Shown here piece after piece: positions 50,158-63,682 of a stretch of DNA of 64,000 bases. The notes beneath the pieces were generated by a model. It saw nothing but the letters and a program-made list of their open reading frames with translations. It was not told the DNA's origin and ran no database searches. Every line of letters begins with the position of its first letter. The first letter of the stretch is position 1. Source of the stretch: Octopus sinensis (lineage: Eukaryota); assembly GCF_006345805.1 (NCBI RefSeq), contig NC_043010.1, positions 35,216,001 through 35,280,000 on the forward strand, read 5' to 3'. The position numbers and the translations under genes are program-made.

Positions 50158-50430
50158 GTATGGAGGAAGCAGGTTATGGGGGGGATCGACACTTTTGAGA
50201 GAGCACGTATCCAGCATGAAGAACTTAAGCGAGCTGCGCGAAAGTGCACGACTCGTATAGTGAATGGGGAAAGCTTGGTCTGCAATGTTTGCAGTCGTGT
50301 ATGCTTGTCAAGAGCAGGACTCATTAGCCACCAACGGAGCCGCAAATGCAAAATATAAGTTAGTCCTAGAGCGCACAATGTTCCTGAAGGTCGGCAATGG
50401 TCTTCCTCGGTCACGAGTGGACGGCCATCA
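50158..50430 (+). mobile_element. RTE (BovB-like) LINE 3' end with terminal zinc-finger-like motif
   Basis: WRKQVMGGIDTFERAR...CNVCSRVCLSRAGLISHQRSR*, then short UTR and (TATG)n. Confidence 0.8.
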
Positions 50431-50916
50431 TGTATGTATGTATGTATGTATGTATGCATGTATGCATGCATGCATGTCTCTGTGTATACACAAACATCTA
50501 CACAAGACAACCACAAAACACATACATTTGTATTGAAAGAGAAAGAAATACTCAAACATGGATGTAGATAGATACGAAAACAGAAAAAGAAAGGGAGAAA
50601 GAGAAAGATTGATATAAACACATACATACAAAAACATATACACATACAAAGAGAAACAAATACAGACACACATACAGACACATATACACATACACACAAA
50701 CACTCACACATGTATGTATGCGCGTGTATGTGTTTGTTGGTGATAAGATTACACCCCAGTATCAAGTTTTACATTGCAGCGAAATGCAACATTGCACCAT
50801 TTTGTAGTTATAAAGATACATAGTCTTTATAACACACACACACACACACACATAATATTAACATAGAAACATACAAATGTAGAGAGAAGCACATACAGAT
50901 TGTATATGTGTGTGTG

Positions 50917-50958
<42 letters not shown>

Positions 50959-51702
50959 TAACAAAAGAAGACAATACATACATACATACATACATACATA
51001 CATACATACATAAATACATACATACATACATACATACATACATACATACATACATACATACATACATACATACATACATGTACAATCGTACATGAACATA
51101 CACAACTGCAAACACAGACTCATACATATACAGTATCTCACTTCACACACACACACACACACACACACACCACACAAACATAAGGGAATTTAGAGGTAGG
51201 GAACAAAGAGAAAGAAAGGAAAAAGAGAGAAAAGGAGACAAAGAGAAACATATACAATATGCACATACATACATTTTATATATATATATACATACACACA
51301 CACAAAGTGAGAAAATGAGAGAGAAGGAAATACACACACAAAAAAATATACATACACATACTGATATATAGATATGCATGCATGTGCGTGCACACACACA
51401 CATACACACAAAGAGAAACTGTGAAATTCAAAATTTGAATTGATACGTAAGGCCTAAAAATGACACAAGAAGTATTTCTTATAGGGCGGGGTTAACTAAC
51501 TAGCTTATCTAAGGGGTAGGGGACATTTAGATGACATGCTTAGAATCACATCTGGAATAGACTATTTATTTAGGATTAAAGAAATAAAATGGCAAACTAG
51601 TTCATATCTAACATTTAAAGACACAACATATATATATATATATACATACATACATACATACATACGTATATATATATATATATATAATATATATATATAT
51701 AT

Positions 51703-51735
<33 letters not shown>

Positions 51736-51944
51736 ACACACACACAATTATTAGCACAGTCATCAGGATACAACAGATGTGTGAGGGGTTTTCCTATTGA
51801 TGGCCCCTTGTAGCTTTTTTTGTTTTTTCCAGTTTAGGTTCATGTTTTATAAAGTGTCTAATTTAATTTAATGCTCATTTACAACCAAAAATCTTAATTC
51901 ATTTCTTTTATCAATGTTTTTGATCTCTGAATTAGTACCAAATA

Positions 51945-52290
51945 AAATATTATTATTATAAGGCTATTTCATGCTACTTTAGTAAGAAGGAATGTCTTAA
52001 GCTTTGGTGACAACAAGTCTCCAAGAAACTCAATAATCTTTCTCTGAATTCTTGCAGAACAGAGAATGACACTTCTCTGCAGATTGATAATGTTTGTCTC
52101 AATTTTAACATCCTTCAATCTCTTAGACAGCAGTTTGGGTGCTGTGCCAAGTACGCCAATTACTACAGGAATAATCGTCACCTTTGTCTCCCACAATCTT
52201 TTCCTCTCCCTGGCTAGGTCCTGGTATTTCTCAATTTTCTCACTTTTTTTTATATATATCCATTCTATTATCATATGGTACTGCAAAGTC
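51945..52290 (-). mobile_element. R4/Dong-type restriction-like endonuclease LINE 3' end
   Basis: KSEKIEKYQDLARERKRLWETKVTIIPVVIGVLGT...LQRSVILCSARI; (TAA)n tail near 51950. Confidence 0.8.
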
Positions 52291-52296
52291 TATTAT

Positions 52297-52700
52297 ACTC
52301 TTTTACTCTTTTACTTGTTTTAGTCATTTGACTGCGGCCATGCTGGAGCACCGCCTTTAGTCGAGCAAATCGATCCCAGGACTTATCCTTTGTAAGCCTA
52401 GTACTTATTCTATCGTTCTCTTTTGCCGAACCATTAAGTTATGGGGACATAAACACACCAGCATCGGCTATCAAGTGATGTTGGGGGGACAGACACAAAC
52501 ACACACACACACACACACGCACACACATATATATATAGATACACATATACAACGGGCTTCTTTCAGTTTCCGTCTACCAAATCCACTCACAGGGCTTTGG
52601 TCGGCCCAAGGCTATAGTAGAAGACACTTGCCCAAGGTGCCATGCAGTGGGACTGAACCCGGAACCATGTGGTTGGTAAGCAAACTACTTACCACACAGC
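52297..52700 (-). mobile_element. SINE family A copy (partial copies also at ~1730-1800, 36325-36450, 45205-45430, 54842-55005, 58415-58550, 61280-61445)
   Basis: Reverse-complement homolog of 10119-10496. Confidence 0.8.
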
Positions 52701-52859
52701 CTTTTTTTTCTTTGTCCTCTATAGCCATATCTGGTTCCTTGCTTCAATAGTATGGTAAGTCTTTACAAAGAAATCCCATAAAACCCTCTCATTATTATTC
52801 ACCACCACACCCTCCAGCTTGTGTTCTGTCATCATCATTATTATTATTATTATTATTAT

Positions 52860-53761
52860 TATTGCTCAGGTGACAAGCTGACAGAATTGTTACCATGCCG
52901 GATGAAATGCTTAGCAGTATTTCACCCATCACTACATTCTGAGTTCAAATTCCATCGAGGTTTACTTAGCCTTTCATCCTTTCAGGGTCGATAAATTAAG
53001 CGCTAGTGAAACACAGGGGTTGATGTAATCAACAAAACCCCTCCCAAAAATTTCAGGCCTTGTGCCTTTTGTAGACCATCAATGGGAAAGCTGGCAGAAT
53101 CATAAGCACACCAGGTGAAATGCTTAGCATTTCAAATTCTACCAAGGCCAATGTTGCCCTTCATCCTTTCAAGGTCAGTAAATTAAATATCAGTGAAACA
53201 CTAGGATTGATGTAATCAACTTTCCCGCTGACCTCCTTTAACTGGGAGGGCAAGGTGGTTTTCCTTTGCTTAATAGCTGTAGCGAAAGAGGTGATATGGT
53301 GGACCCGTTTGAAAGGGCTAAGGTCAGACACTTTCCTCTTCGGCCAAGGCCTCATTAATTTTTTCAAGTTTCACTTGAAAAGGAAGATGAGAGTAGAGAG
53401 GGAAGTGATGTCTGGTAGCAAGTTTATTGAAAGGTGGGTGAATGTCGCAAGAATGGCCAGAATGAACGGACCAATTCTGAGGATACACCTGTGAGAATTA
53501 AAAGGAAATATAAAAGGAGAAAGGGGCTCTCTACCCCCCTTTTGACCAGGCTCCTGTGGCTTTTATGGGTTTTTCCAAGAGTAACCTTTCGAAGCACCTC
53601 CCCTATTGGGAGTTTTAATTGTTACTTATTTTTCGTTGTCATCCTGCTTTTGTACATGGACTTTTTCAAATGGACAAAACCATTTGTAACTTTCGTCCTG
53701 TGTTTTGTACCTTTATGTTTTAATTGATTTTTGTTAGCCCTTGTGGCCAATAAACGAACAA

Positions 53762-53796
<35 letters not shown>

Positions 53797-54254
53797 GGCA
53801 GTGAGCTGATAGAATTGTTACCAAACTAGGCAAAATGCTTAGTGATAATTCATCCATCCTTACATTCTGAGTTCAAATTCTGCCAAGGCTGACTTTACCT
53901 TTCATCCTTTTGGGGTCGATAAAATCAACCCCAGTTGATCATTGGGGTTGATTTAATCAACTTACTCCCTTTCCTGAAATGGCTGACCTTGTACCAAAAT
54001 TAGAAATCATTATTGTTGTTGTTGCTATTAAGGCACCGAACTGACAGTATCATTACCACACCAGATAAAATGCTTAGCAGCATTTTTTCCTGGTTCTTTA
54101 CTTTCTCAGTCCAAATGCACTAAGGTCGACTTAACCTTTCATCCTTTCGGGTCAATAAAGTAAGTACCTGTTGAGTACTGAGGTCAATATAATTAACTCG
54201 CCCACTCCTCTGAAATTTCTAGCCTTGAGCCAAAATTAAAAAGAATTATTATTA

Positions 54255-54291
<37 letters not shown>

Positions 54292-55010
54292 CATCATCAT
54301 CTTCATTTATAGAGTTTTTTTCATTCTGAATTCAAATCCAACTTTCATGGATCCTATCTTTGAGGATTCTACCTTCCCAAGGAGAAAGTGGGGATCTGTA
54401 AATAAAGTACTGGTTTAAAAAACTAGTATTTTATGTAGTCAATATAATCAGCTGCATCTAAGGAAGCAAGTTGGCAGAGTCATTACTATGCCAGGTAAAA
54501 TGCTTAGCAGCATTTCGTCCGTCTTTACATTTCTGAGTTCAAATTCAGCAGAGGTCAACTTTGCCTTTCATCTTCTCAGGGTCAATAAAATAAGTGCCAG
54601 TTGAGTACTGGGATCAATGTCATTGACTTACCCAACACTTCTCCAAAATTGCTGGCCTTGTGCCAAAATGTGAAACTAATATAGTCAACTACTTCACTTC
54701 CCAAAATTTTGTGGTCTTATTCAATCAACACTTTTAGAAGCTTCTGCTATCTTAGCAATCCAAATGACAGTGGAGTAGAGAGCTCAGAAAGAACAGGAAA
54801 CAGAATAAGAACAAAGTGGAAAAAGTTCAGGAAGTACTGAACGTAGGAGTAGCTGTGTGGTAAGTAGCTTGCTTATGAACCACATGGTTCCAGGTTCAGT
54901 CCCATTGCATGGAACCTTGGGCAAGTTTCTTCTACTATAGCCTCGGGCCGATCAAAGCCTTGTGCGTGGATTTGGTAGACGGAAACTGAAAGAAGCCCGT
55001 CGTATATATA

Positions 55011-55063
<53 letters not shown>

Positions 55064-55490
55064 AATAGTGAATTGGTAAAAATAATCAGAGCATCAGAGG
55101 AAATGCTTTGCAGTATTTTTTCTGGCTCTTTATCTTCTGAGTTCAAATCCCACCAAGGTCAACTTCACATTTCATCCCTCTGGAGTTAATAAAATAAAGA
55201 AGTAGTTACACACTGGTATAAATGTAATCAACTAACTCTTCCCACAAAAGTTTCAGGATTTGAATCCATGTTAGAAACAATTTAAAACAATGAAAAACAG
55301 AATCATTTTGAGCACCAGATTAAATGCTTTGCATTATTTCTTCTAACTCTTTGTGATCAGGTTTCATAGCCAGCTGGGGTTAACTTTCCTCTTCGTCCCT
55401 CAAGAGTCAATAAAATGAAGAACCAGTCAAGGACTGGAGTCAATTGAATTGACTAACTTCTTCCTTCAAAATTTCAGGCCTTCTGCCAAT
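52860..55490 (+). mobile_element. Cluster of about 7 same-orientation SINE family B copies
   Basis: Recurrent AAATGCTTAGC...GAGTTCAAAT...CTTTCATCC...GTCAATAAAAT at ~52866, 53090, 53795, 54030, 54462, 55080, 55300. Confidence 0.75.
53240..53795 (+). mobile_element. L1/Tx1-type LINE 3' end with 3' UTR and (ATT)n tail
   Basis: ORF 53255-53494 VFLCLIAVAKEVIWWTRLKG...ERWVNVARM; AATAAA at ~53748 followed by (ATT)n. Confidence 0.75.
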
Positions 55491-55630
55491 ATTACTGTTG
55501 ATAACTGTTGATTATCAATCTATATTTCTCAGCCTCCTCCACTTTCCCGCCTCCGAATGGCTACTGAATGCTGAGCAGAATAAAACAGAAAGGGCAATGC
55601 ACTCAAGGGAGATAACTCACACATAAATAA

Positions 55631-55668
<38 letters not shown>

Positions 55669-55673
55669 CTCTC

Positions 55674-55708
<35 letters not shown>

Positions 55709-56160
55709 TTCTCCAGTCACCAAAAAAAATTCTAACAATTTAACTTGTAACATTAATGTATGTGTGTATGTGTGTGTGTGTTGTTTTCCTTTTGTGTTGT
55801 GGTGCTGCAGTCTGGCTTATGTCTTTCACTGGTTCCAATTACTCTTGGAGACTAAGTTTCAATTCTGGGCGTTCCTCATTAGCTCTGTGAACCGTCAAAG
55901 AAAATGGACGTGCAAAGAGACAACTGATTTTCTTTGGAATATAATATTGGGTGTGTGTGTGTGTGTTGTTCGTATGTACCCACATACATATACATAGAAT
56001 ACATGCACACACAAACGTCACTCACAACACAGATCAAACAATAGCTTTGACATACATATTGAAGACTAAAAAAAAAAAACAAATATTTAATAAAGAAAAT
56101 GAAACAATAGATATACACACACGTATATATACATGTGTGTGTGTGTGTGTGCACGCTTAG

Positions 56161-56196
<36 letters not shown>

Positions 56197-56433
56197 TGTA
56201 TGTATGTATGTATAAAGACCCAAACTTTCACTTGACATTATTCCAGCATAAATGTCAATAATACTGGTGGAAGTGAGGATGGAATGGTGGCTGGTAGGGG
56301 TATGGGTAGGTCTTGTGGGAAGAAACACATCACTATAGGGGAGGGCTGGTGATGGTGGTGGTGGTGGTGGTACTGCTGCAGTTGTTAGTGGCAATGGGAT
56401 GAAAATGAGAGAAGATGGATGTTTGAGCAGTGA

Positions 56434-56467
<34 letters not shown>

Positions 56468-58582
56468 GGTGGTATGATGATAACAATGATGATGACAGTG
56501 AAGATGATGGTGAAGATGATGACAATGATGATGATGACAACGATGATGATAACAACAATGATGGTAGTGATGACGGTAATTATGATGCTGATGATGATGA
56601 TGGTGATGGTGGCAATGGCGATGGCGATGGTGGTGGTGGTGGTGGTGGTGGTGGTGGTGGTGATGGTTGGTTGTAATGTTGGTTATGGTGCAGTTGGTAA
56701 TAATGGTTATGATGATCGCAATAATGGTGATGATGGCAATGAAATTGATGGTAGATGGTTGGGTGGATATAGAGAGGGAGGGAGAGACTGATAACAGCTG
56801 TAGAGAGGAGGATGGCGGTGGTAGTAGTGGTGGTGATATTGCTGGTGGTATTTAATGTGGCACAACGATGGGGATGTTAATGATGCTGGTCATGATAACA
56901 ATTTTTTTTTTAGAGTGGGTGATGGTGATGATGGTGGGGAGGTCTATTATAGTAGTGTTGATGATGGTGGTGATGTTACTTATGCTGGAAGTCATGGAAC
57001 AATTGGTTGTTTTTTTTATTACATCACAGTGGTGGTGATGAAGATGGTGGTGGTGGTCATCATCATCATCATTATGATTGTGGTGGTCATGGTTGTGGTC
57101 ATGGTAGTAGCAGTAGTGAAAGCAGTGGTGATTACTTGGTAGTGGTGGTGGTGGTGGTGGTGGTGGTGGTGGTACTGCTGCTGGTCATGATAAATAGTGT
57201 TGGTGATAGGGGTGGCAGTGATGTAAAATCTGTCATTGTTCTTAATCAAGATAAATGTATATCCATTACATCATATTATCCAATATATTAAATCATATTA
57301 TATAATGATATTGAATTATGGCAGTGATAGAGAAATAGACATGGTGAGAGAAACTCGAATACATGATTTAGTATTTAACCCCTCTGTTACCGTATTTCCA
57401 CTGAAGGGAGACAAAATACTTTAACAGTTAATTTTGAATATAATAAAGAATTTAGTAAAATAACTTTCTCAATAAGCTAGTATTCTGTTCTTGAGCAAGA
57501 CACTTTATTTCACATTGCTCCAGTTCACTCAGCTGTAGAAATGAGTCATGATATCATTGGTGCCAAGCTATATTAGCCTTTGTCTTTCCATTGGATAACA
57601 TCAGCAGCATGGAGAGGGGAGGCTAGCATGTATAGGCAACTGTTGGTCTTCCATAAACAACCTTATTCAGACTTGTGCCTCAGGGGGTAACTTTCTAGGT
57701 GCATTCCCATGCTTATTCATGGTCAAGCGAGGTCTTTACTCTTTTAGAGCATAAATAAGCATGTAATTTTGATGGTTTCAATTCAGATCACTTTAAAACT
57801 GGTTGTTTGTATCACAGGACCAAGGGGATAAAGTTTTGCTTTTCTACATTTCACACAGACTTTGTTAAGAAGATTGATGAATAGGAGAAAATTACATATA
57901 GGCAAGCACAAAGACAGCTAGATAAGTAGTTGGCTAGGTAAAAGGGCAAGTATGTCAGTAGGTAATTAACAGGTGTGAAGATAGCTAATGAGATAAATTG
58001 TACCCACCACTATAAGGAGCATAAGTATGTAGGTAGGATCATAGGGCAAACAACTAAATGATAACTAAAACCACTTAAGCTACTATTGACAACTATATCG
58101 ATAGATATCACAGACATATAGAGTATCTTAATATACTTAAAATTAATAAGCATTTCCTGTGTTTGTATGTGTGTGAATGTGCACACAGACATGTGTGTAT
58201 GTGTGTGTGTGTATGTGTGTGTGTATGTGTGTGTGCAGTAGCATGAATATGTGTGCAACTCCATAATCAAATCCGTATTATTGTTTCATTCAGATTTGTC
58301 ATTAATATCTGTTAATTGCCACCTGAACAAGCACATGGTGTGAAACTTGGAATAGCAATGGAATGAAGCATGCACACACACATGCGCAAGCATGTATGTA
58401 TGTTTGTATATAGGTGCTGGTGTGGCTGTGAAGTAAGAAAACATTTCTTTTCAATCATATGGCTCCGAGTCCAGTCCCACAGCATGGAACCTTGGTCAAG
58501 TGTCTTCTACTATACCCTCAGGCCAACCAAAGCCTTCTGAGTGGATTTTCCATGTGTGTGTGTGGGGGGGGGGGTATGTGTA

Positions 58583-59830
58583 CACCAGTTTGAGTCAAAA
58601 GTTTGTTCATATTTCCACTGATTTTTAGCAACTTGTATTTCCAACTTATATCATTAATTTGAAACAACTTGTTGACCAACCATTGATGCATTGTTTGTTC
58701 CTTATTTTCATATATGTCATATAAACATTATTCTTTATTTTAAATCTTTGATAATGAGTGGGGAAAAACTAGAGTCATTTACATTACCTGTAGAAAAAAA
58801 AAAACTAGAACAGCAACAAAAGAAATTAATGATGTGGAAAGCCCAGGAACTGTCAAACATGTGGCACAAAACTGGTTCAGACATTTCAAGGAAGGTGACA
58901 CCAACCTCAAAGACAAACCAAAGTCAGGGAGACCGTCTGCTGTAGAAGAGAGGCCTTGTTTGAAATGATTGAACAACAGCCAAGCACAAGCACTCCTAAA
59001 TTGTCAGCAGAACTTGACCCTTCACAAAGCACCATCAATCAACACCTCCATAAGCTCAGCCTTGTGAAACAGGTGCTGTCGTGAAGCTTCCCATGAATTG
59101 ACCAATGGCCAGGTTCAATGATGTGTGAACATTTGCAAACAACTGCTGGCAAATCCTCGAGATGCCTGGTTTGGGTGTCAAACTGTAACTGGGGATGAAA
59201 AATCAATCTTTTTTTGTAATCCTAATATGAGGAATCAGTGGCTTTGTTTCACACAGGCTTCAGGACCTGTTGTCAAACAAGAGCAGTTTGAGCAAAAGGT
59301 CATGTCATGTGTTTGGTGGAATTCTCTAGGAGTGTTTCACTTTGAGCTTGTCTCAAATGGTCATGTTGTGAATAGTAACCTTTATGCTCAACAACTGCAT
59401 ATAAAATGCTTTGAAAGCCCACTACATATACAATGAAAGCCCACTGCATATACAATGCCTTGAAAGCCCACTACCTAGCATTGCTCAATCAAAACCAAGC
59501 ACTCCTACAGCATGACAATGCCCCAGTACAAACTGCCAATTTGACCAAGTGAAACTTAAGGAATTAGAGAGGCTCGAAGTGCTTTCTCATCCTATCAATA
59601 GTCCAGACCTTGCAATATCAGATTACCACTTTTCCCAAGTTGTGGCTCATTTCCAGCACAGACAGAATTTGAACAATGGTATAAGCATAGAATTGAGCTT
59701 CTGGCACATTGATAGCAATAGACAATAGAATATGATGGGATATATTTTGACAAATAAATGCTTTCCATATGTAATTTGTTTGAACTATTAATTAAAGCTT
59801 TAAATACAAAAAAAACTTTTGACTCAACCT

Positions 59831-59834
<4 letters not shown>
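58583..59834 (+). mobile_element. Full-length but inactivated mariner transposon (~1.25 kb)
   Basis: TIRs CACCAG(T/G)TTGAGTCAAAAGTTT; left TA; transposase remnants WFRHFKEGD..LKDKPKSGRP, VTGDEK, VWWN, HDNA, HPINSPDLAISDYH, ending YDGIYFDK*; frameshifts and stops. Confidence 0.92.
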
Positions 59835-59872
<38 letters not shown>

Positions 59873-61172
59873 GTAAATATTATCTTGTGCAATGTATCCT
59901 TCTCTTTTTAACATAATAGGATGTCATTTGAAAGAGATTTGGCTGCTTTGTCTAAAAGATCGAATGACCCCGCTCCCCATATACAGACTTAGTAGTAGTA
60001 ATAGTAGTAATAGCAGCAGCAGCAGCTGTCCATTTAGTAACCAAATCTTCTTTGATATATCTCTGAAAGCCATTGCAGTTAGTCAAATTAGTAACTTATC
60101 TGCTGAGAAACTGGTGAACTCACCTCCCCCTACCATACACACACACACAGACGCTACATATACATGTACACTTGTAAGCACATGCATGAAAGCACACATA
60201 CATATACACACACACACACATGTACATGCACATTGATATACACACACACACAGAGTAAAATATCTGTCAGTTTCCCCCTTTTCAGTATGAATTTACAATT
60301 CATGAATGTTTCCATCACACCACTACCACCACCTCCCACTACAACCACCATTACCGGAACTCCACCGCCACCACCGTCAAACTTATCAGCCCAAACGCTA
60401 TCTGGCATTCCATTGATTACAACAATGAGAGTTCCCGTTGATCCGATCAATGGAACAGCCTGCTTGTGAAATTTAATGTGCAAGTGGCTGAGTACTTCAC
60501 AGACACATGTACCCTTAATGTAGTTCTCAGGGAGATTCAGTGTGACACAGAAAGTGACAAGGCTGGCCCTTTGAAATACAGGTACAACTTATTTTTGTGA
60601 GCTAAGTGGACTGAAGCAATGTGAAATAAAGTGTCTTGCTCAAGGACACAGCATGCTGCTAGGAATTGAACTCACAGCCATGAACTGAATACCCTAACCA
60701 TTAAGCCATGTGCCTTCACCCTAACACTAATACCACAATTGTTAACACTACTAGAACTCCCCGCACTTATACTGCTAACATCACCAAGAGAACAAGAAAA
60801 CCCAAGCTAATGAAGGAATCTCTAAATCAGGCAGGGACAATCTTTTTCAGAGATGTGGGCCACTTACGACATGGCTCATCAACAAGTGCGTTGCACTACT
60901 AAAGAAAAGTTCAAGGTACCATTCAGAAAGTCCTGTGGGTTGCAGTTTGCCTGTGTCTATGCAAAATGCTTATACAACCTGCTAGTAATAGCAGCTGAAT
61001 CTCCTTTCTGTCACCAATCCTCACCTGTTTCAATCACAGTAATATTTCCACATGGCTGGGTATGTTTTCATGAAAAATTGGATATGAATGATGCCACTTG
61101 AATGACAGTGATACTTGTCTATGACTATCACATGACCTTAAGACATGGAGGCACAAACATACACACATAATT

Positions 61173-61260
<88 letters not shown>

Positions 61261-61757
61261 GTATACAAACACACACACATATTTAGAATGGGCTTCTTTC
61301 CTTTTTTCATCAAGCACATCCACTCTCAAAGCTTTGGTCAGCCTGGAGCCATAGCAGAAGACACCTGCTCAAGATGCCATGTGATGGAACTGAACCTGAA
61401 ATCACATGCTTGGGAAATGAGTTTCTTAACCACACAGTTACACCTGCAACTCTCCAAATGTACTACTTACAAATTATTAGAAAATGAGGGAAGACAACAA
61501 GATTCAAATTAGGTTTTTGTTGATCTGCAGTGGAAAGCTCTACCAAGTTACATCAAAACACTCACATTATCAACATAACTTGTATAATCTTACAATACCA
61601 CAACACATTACCACAACCAATATCTTAACACTACTGTGGCTTAGAAAGCTCATGGTTAAGTGGTTAGGGTATTCAGTTCATGAATGTAAGGTTGTGAGTT
61701 CGATTCCTTGTGGGGTGACATCTCCTTGAACAAAACACTTTGTTCAAGCCCACTTAA

Positions 61758-61977
61758 CCCTTTCGTTACCAACCTGGCCGAAACAGGCTCTCTCTCTGAG
61801 TTCAAATGTCATACTTTCATAAGTTTTGAATTAAATTCTTCCACCAAACCTTAGTCACAATTTATGTTCCTAATACTAGCTTAGTGATAACTAAGTTATT
61901 TTACTAAATTCTTTGTTATATTTAAAATAATTGAAAGAAACACAGAGCATCTCATTATAAATACAGTAACGAAAGGG
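61758..61977. mobile_element. piggyBac-type MITE copy 3
   Basis: TTAA|CCCTTTCGTTAC...GTAACGAAAGGG|TTAA. Confidence 0.88.
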
Positions 61978-62629
61978 TTAATTCACAAAAATGAGTTGTA
62001 CCAGTATTTCAAAGGGCTAGCCATGTAACATTCTGTGTCACACTGAATCTCCCTGAGAACTACATTAAGGGTATGTGTGTCTGTGGAGTACTCAACTACT
62101 TGCACATTAAATTCACAAGCAGGCTGTTCTATTGATCGGATCAACTGGAACTTTCAATGCCAGATAGTGTTAGGGCTGATAACTTTGATGGTGGTGGGGG
62201 TATTAGTAGGCTGTTCTGTTCATTGGACCAACAGGAACCCTCATCATTGTAAGTGACAGAAGGCCAGTTTACTATGACTTAGTGGTTAGGATGTTGGACT
62301 CATTATTGTGAGATTGTAGTTTCAATTCCTGACCCAGGCAACATGTTGTGTTCTCGAGCAAAGCACTTCATTTCATGTTGCTCCAGTCCACTCAGCTGGT
62401 AAAAATGAGTAATCCTGCAACAGACTGACATCAAGTCCAAGGAAGAATATATAACCAAGAGAAACCAGAAAACCAACCCTATGCTCCTTACAGTGTAATG
62501 GTGACTAACCACCAGCACCACACTACCAATAACACTACAACAATCATACTTTACCATAACCATACCTAATATTTTACACTACAACTCCATCATCAATACC
62601 ACCACTATTACTATGAGTTCTACTACAAC

Positions 62630-62860
62630 CAAACAGCTCGGACTGTTTGGTCATGTTGCGTGGTTTTCCAAGTTGGATCCTGAGTATTGTGTTCTCATCT
62701 CCGAAGATCTGGTTGAGGTGATGGCCCATGTTGGAGGGCCACATGGTCACATGGAAGTATCTCGCTGAGATGGGGACTAACTGGGAAACTGCTCAGAGGG
62801 TCACCAGAACAACCCATGTAAACCCCTATAAATGGTGGATGCAATGGTGCATGCCCACCC
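62630..62860 (+). mobile_element. Degenerate RTE LINE 3' fragment
   Basis: QLGLFGHVAWFSKLDP...VTWKYLAEMG (cf. RQLRLFGHVAR). Confidence 0.6.
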
Positions 62861-63626
62861 CCACCCATACCCAACCTGGCTACTACAGCTATGAACACCA
62901 CCAACACTATAACAATTACACACACACACACATGCACACCTAATTCATTCTACCATATCATTGCAACTCAACCACATATACTACCACCAATACCATCACC
63001 ATCATAATCATTGTCCTTATTGTATCATTCTTACATGAAACATCATTATTGCAACCACCTCTACCTTCACATCCTCACCACTGCCACTGTCAGCATCGAA
63101 ACCCATCACCACAGCTACCACCACCACCACCACCACCACCACCACTATCATCATCATCATTATCATCAACAGCAATGCCCGCAACCACTGTAAGCCTTAT
63201 CTGCAAACCACAGCACCTTCCCATCACCACCAACATCAGTGCCACTGTCATCATTATCGACAAACAACAACAACCACCACCACCACCTAAGCCACCACCA
63301 ACGGTACCACATCAACACACAGTCCCACCGCCATCTCTGCCATCACCTCACCAACACCACTGCTATCACCATACACAGTATTTCCTATCCAATCTTTAAA
63401 TGTCTCCTAGTCACCACCTTCTCCCTTCCTTCTTTTTTTTTTCACTTCCGCAAGTGACAAGACCTCTGTTCCCCTCTGCATGTGTGCACATATTTGTGTG
63501 TGTGTGTGTACATTATATATACATACATACATACATACATACATGTTTGTATGTGTGTATGTATCTGAGTACAAAAGTATATGTGTAATTGCATGTGTAT
63601 ATATATACATACATACACACATATAT

Positions 63627-63682
<56 letters not shown>

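Noticed and set aside
56399-57291. Poly-D/G/M/V and poly-H ORFs (also 33705-34263, 42055-42264, 63011-63457)
   Set aside because: Trinucleotide microsatellites with no splice or domain support
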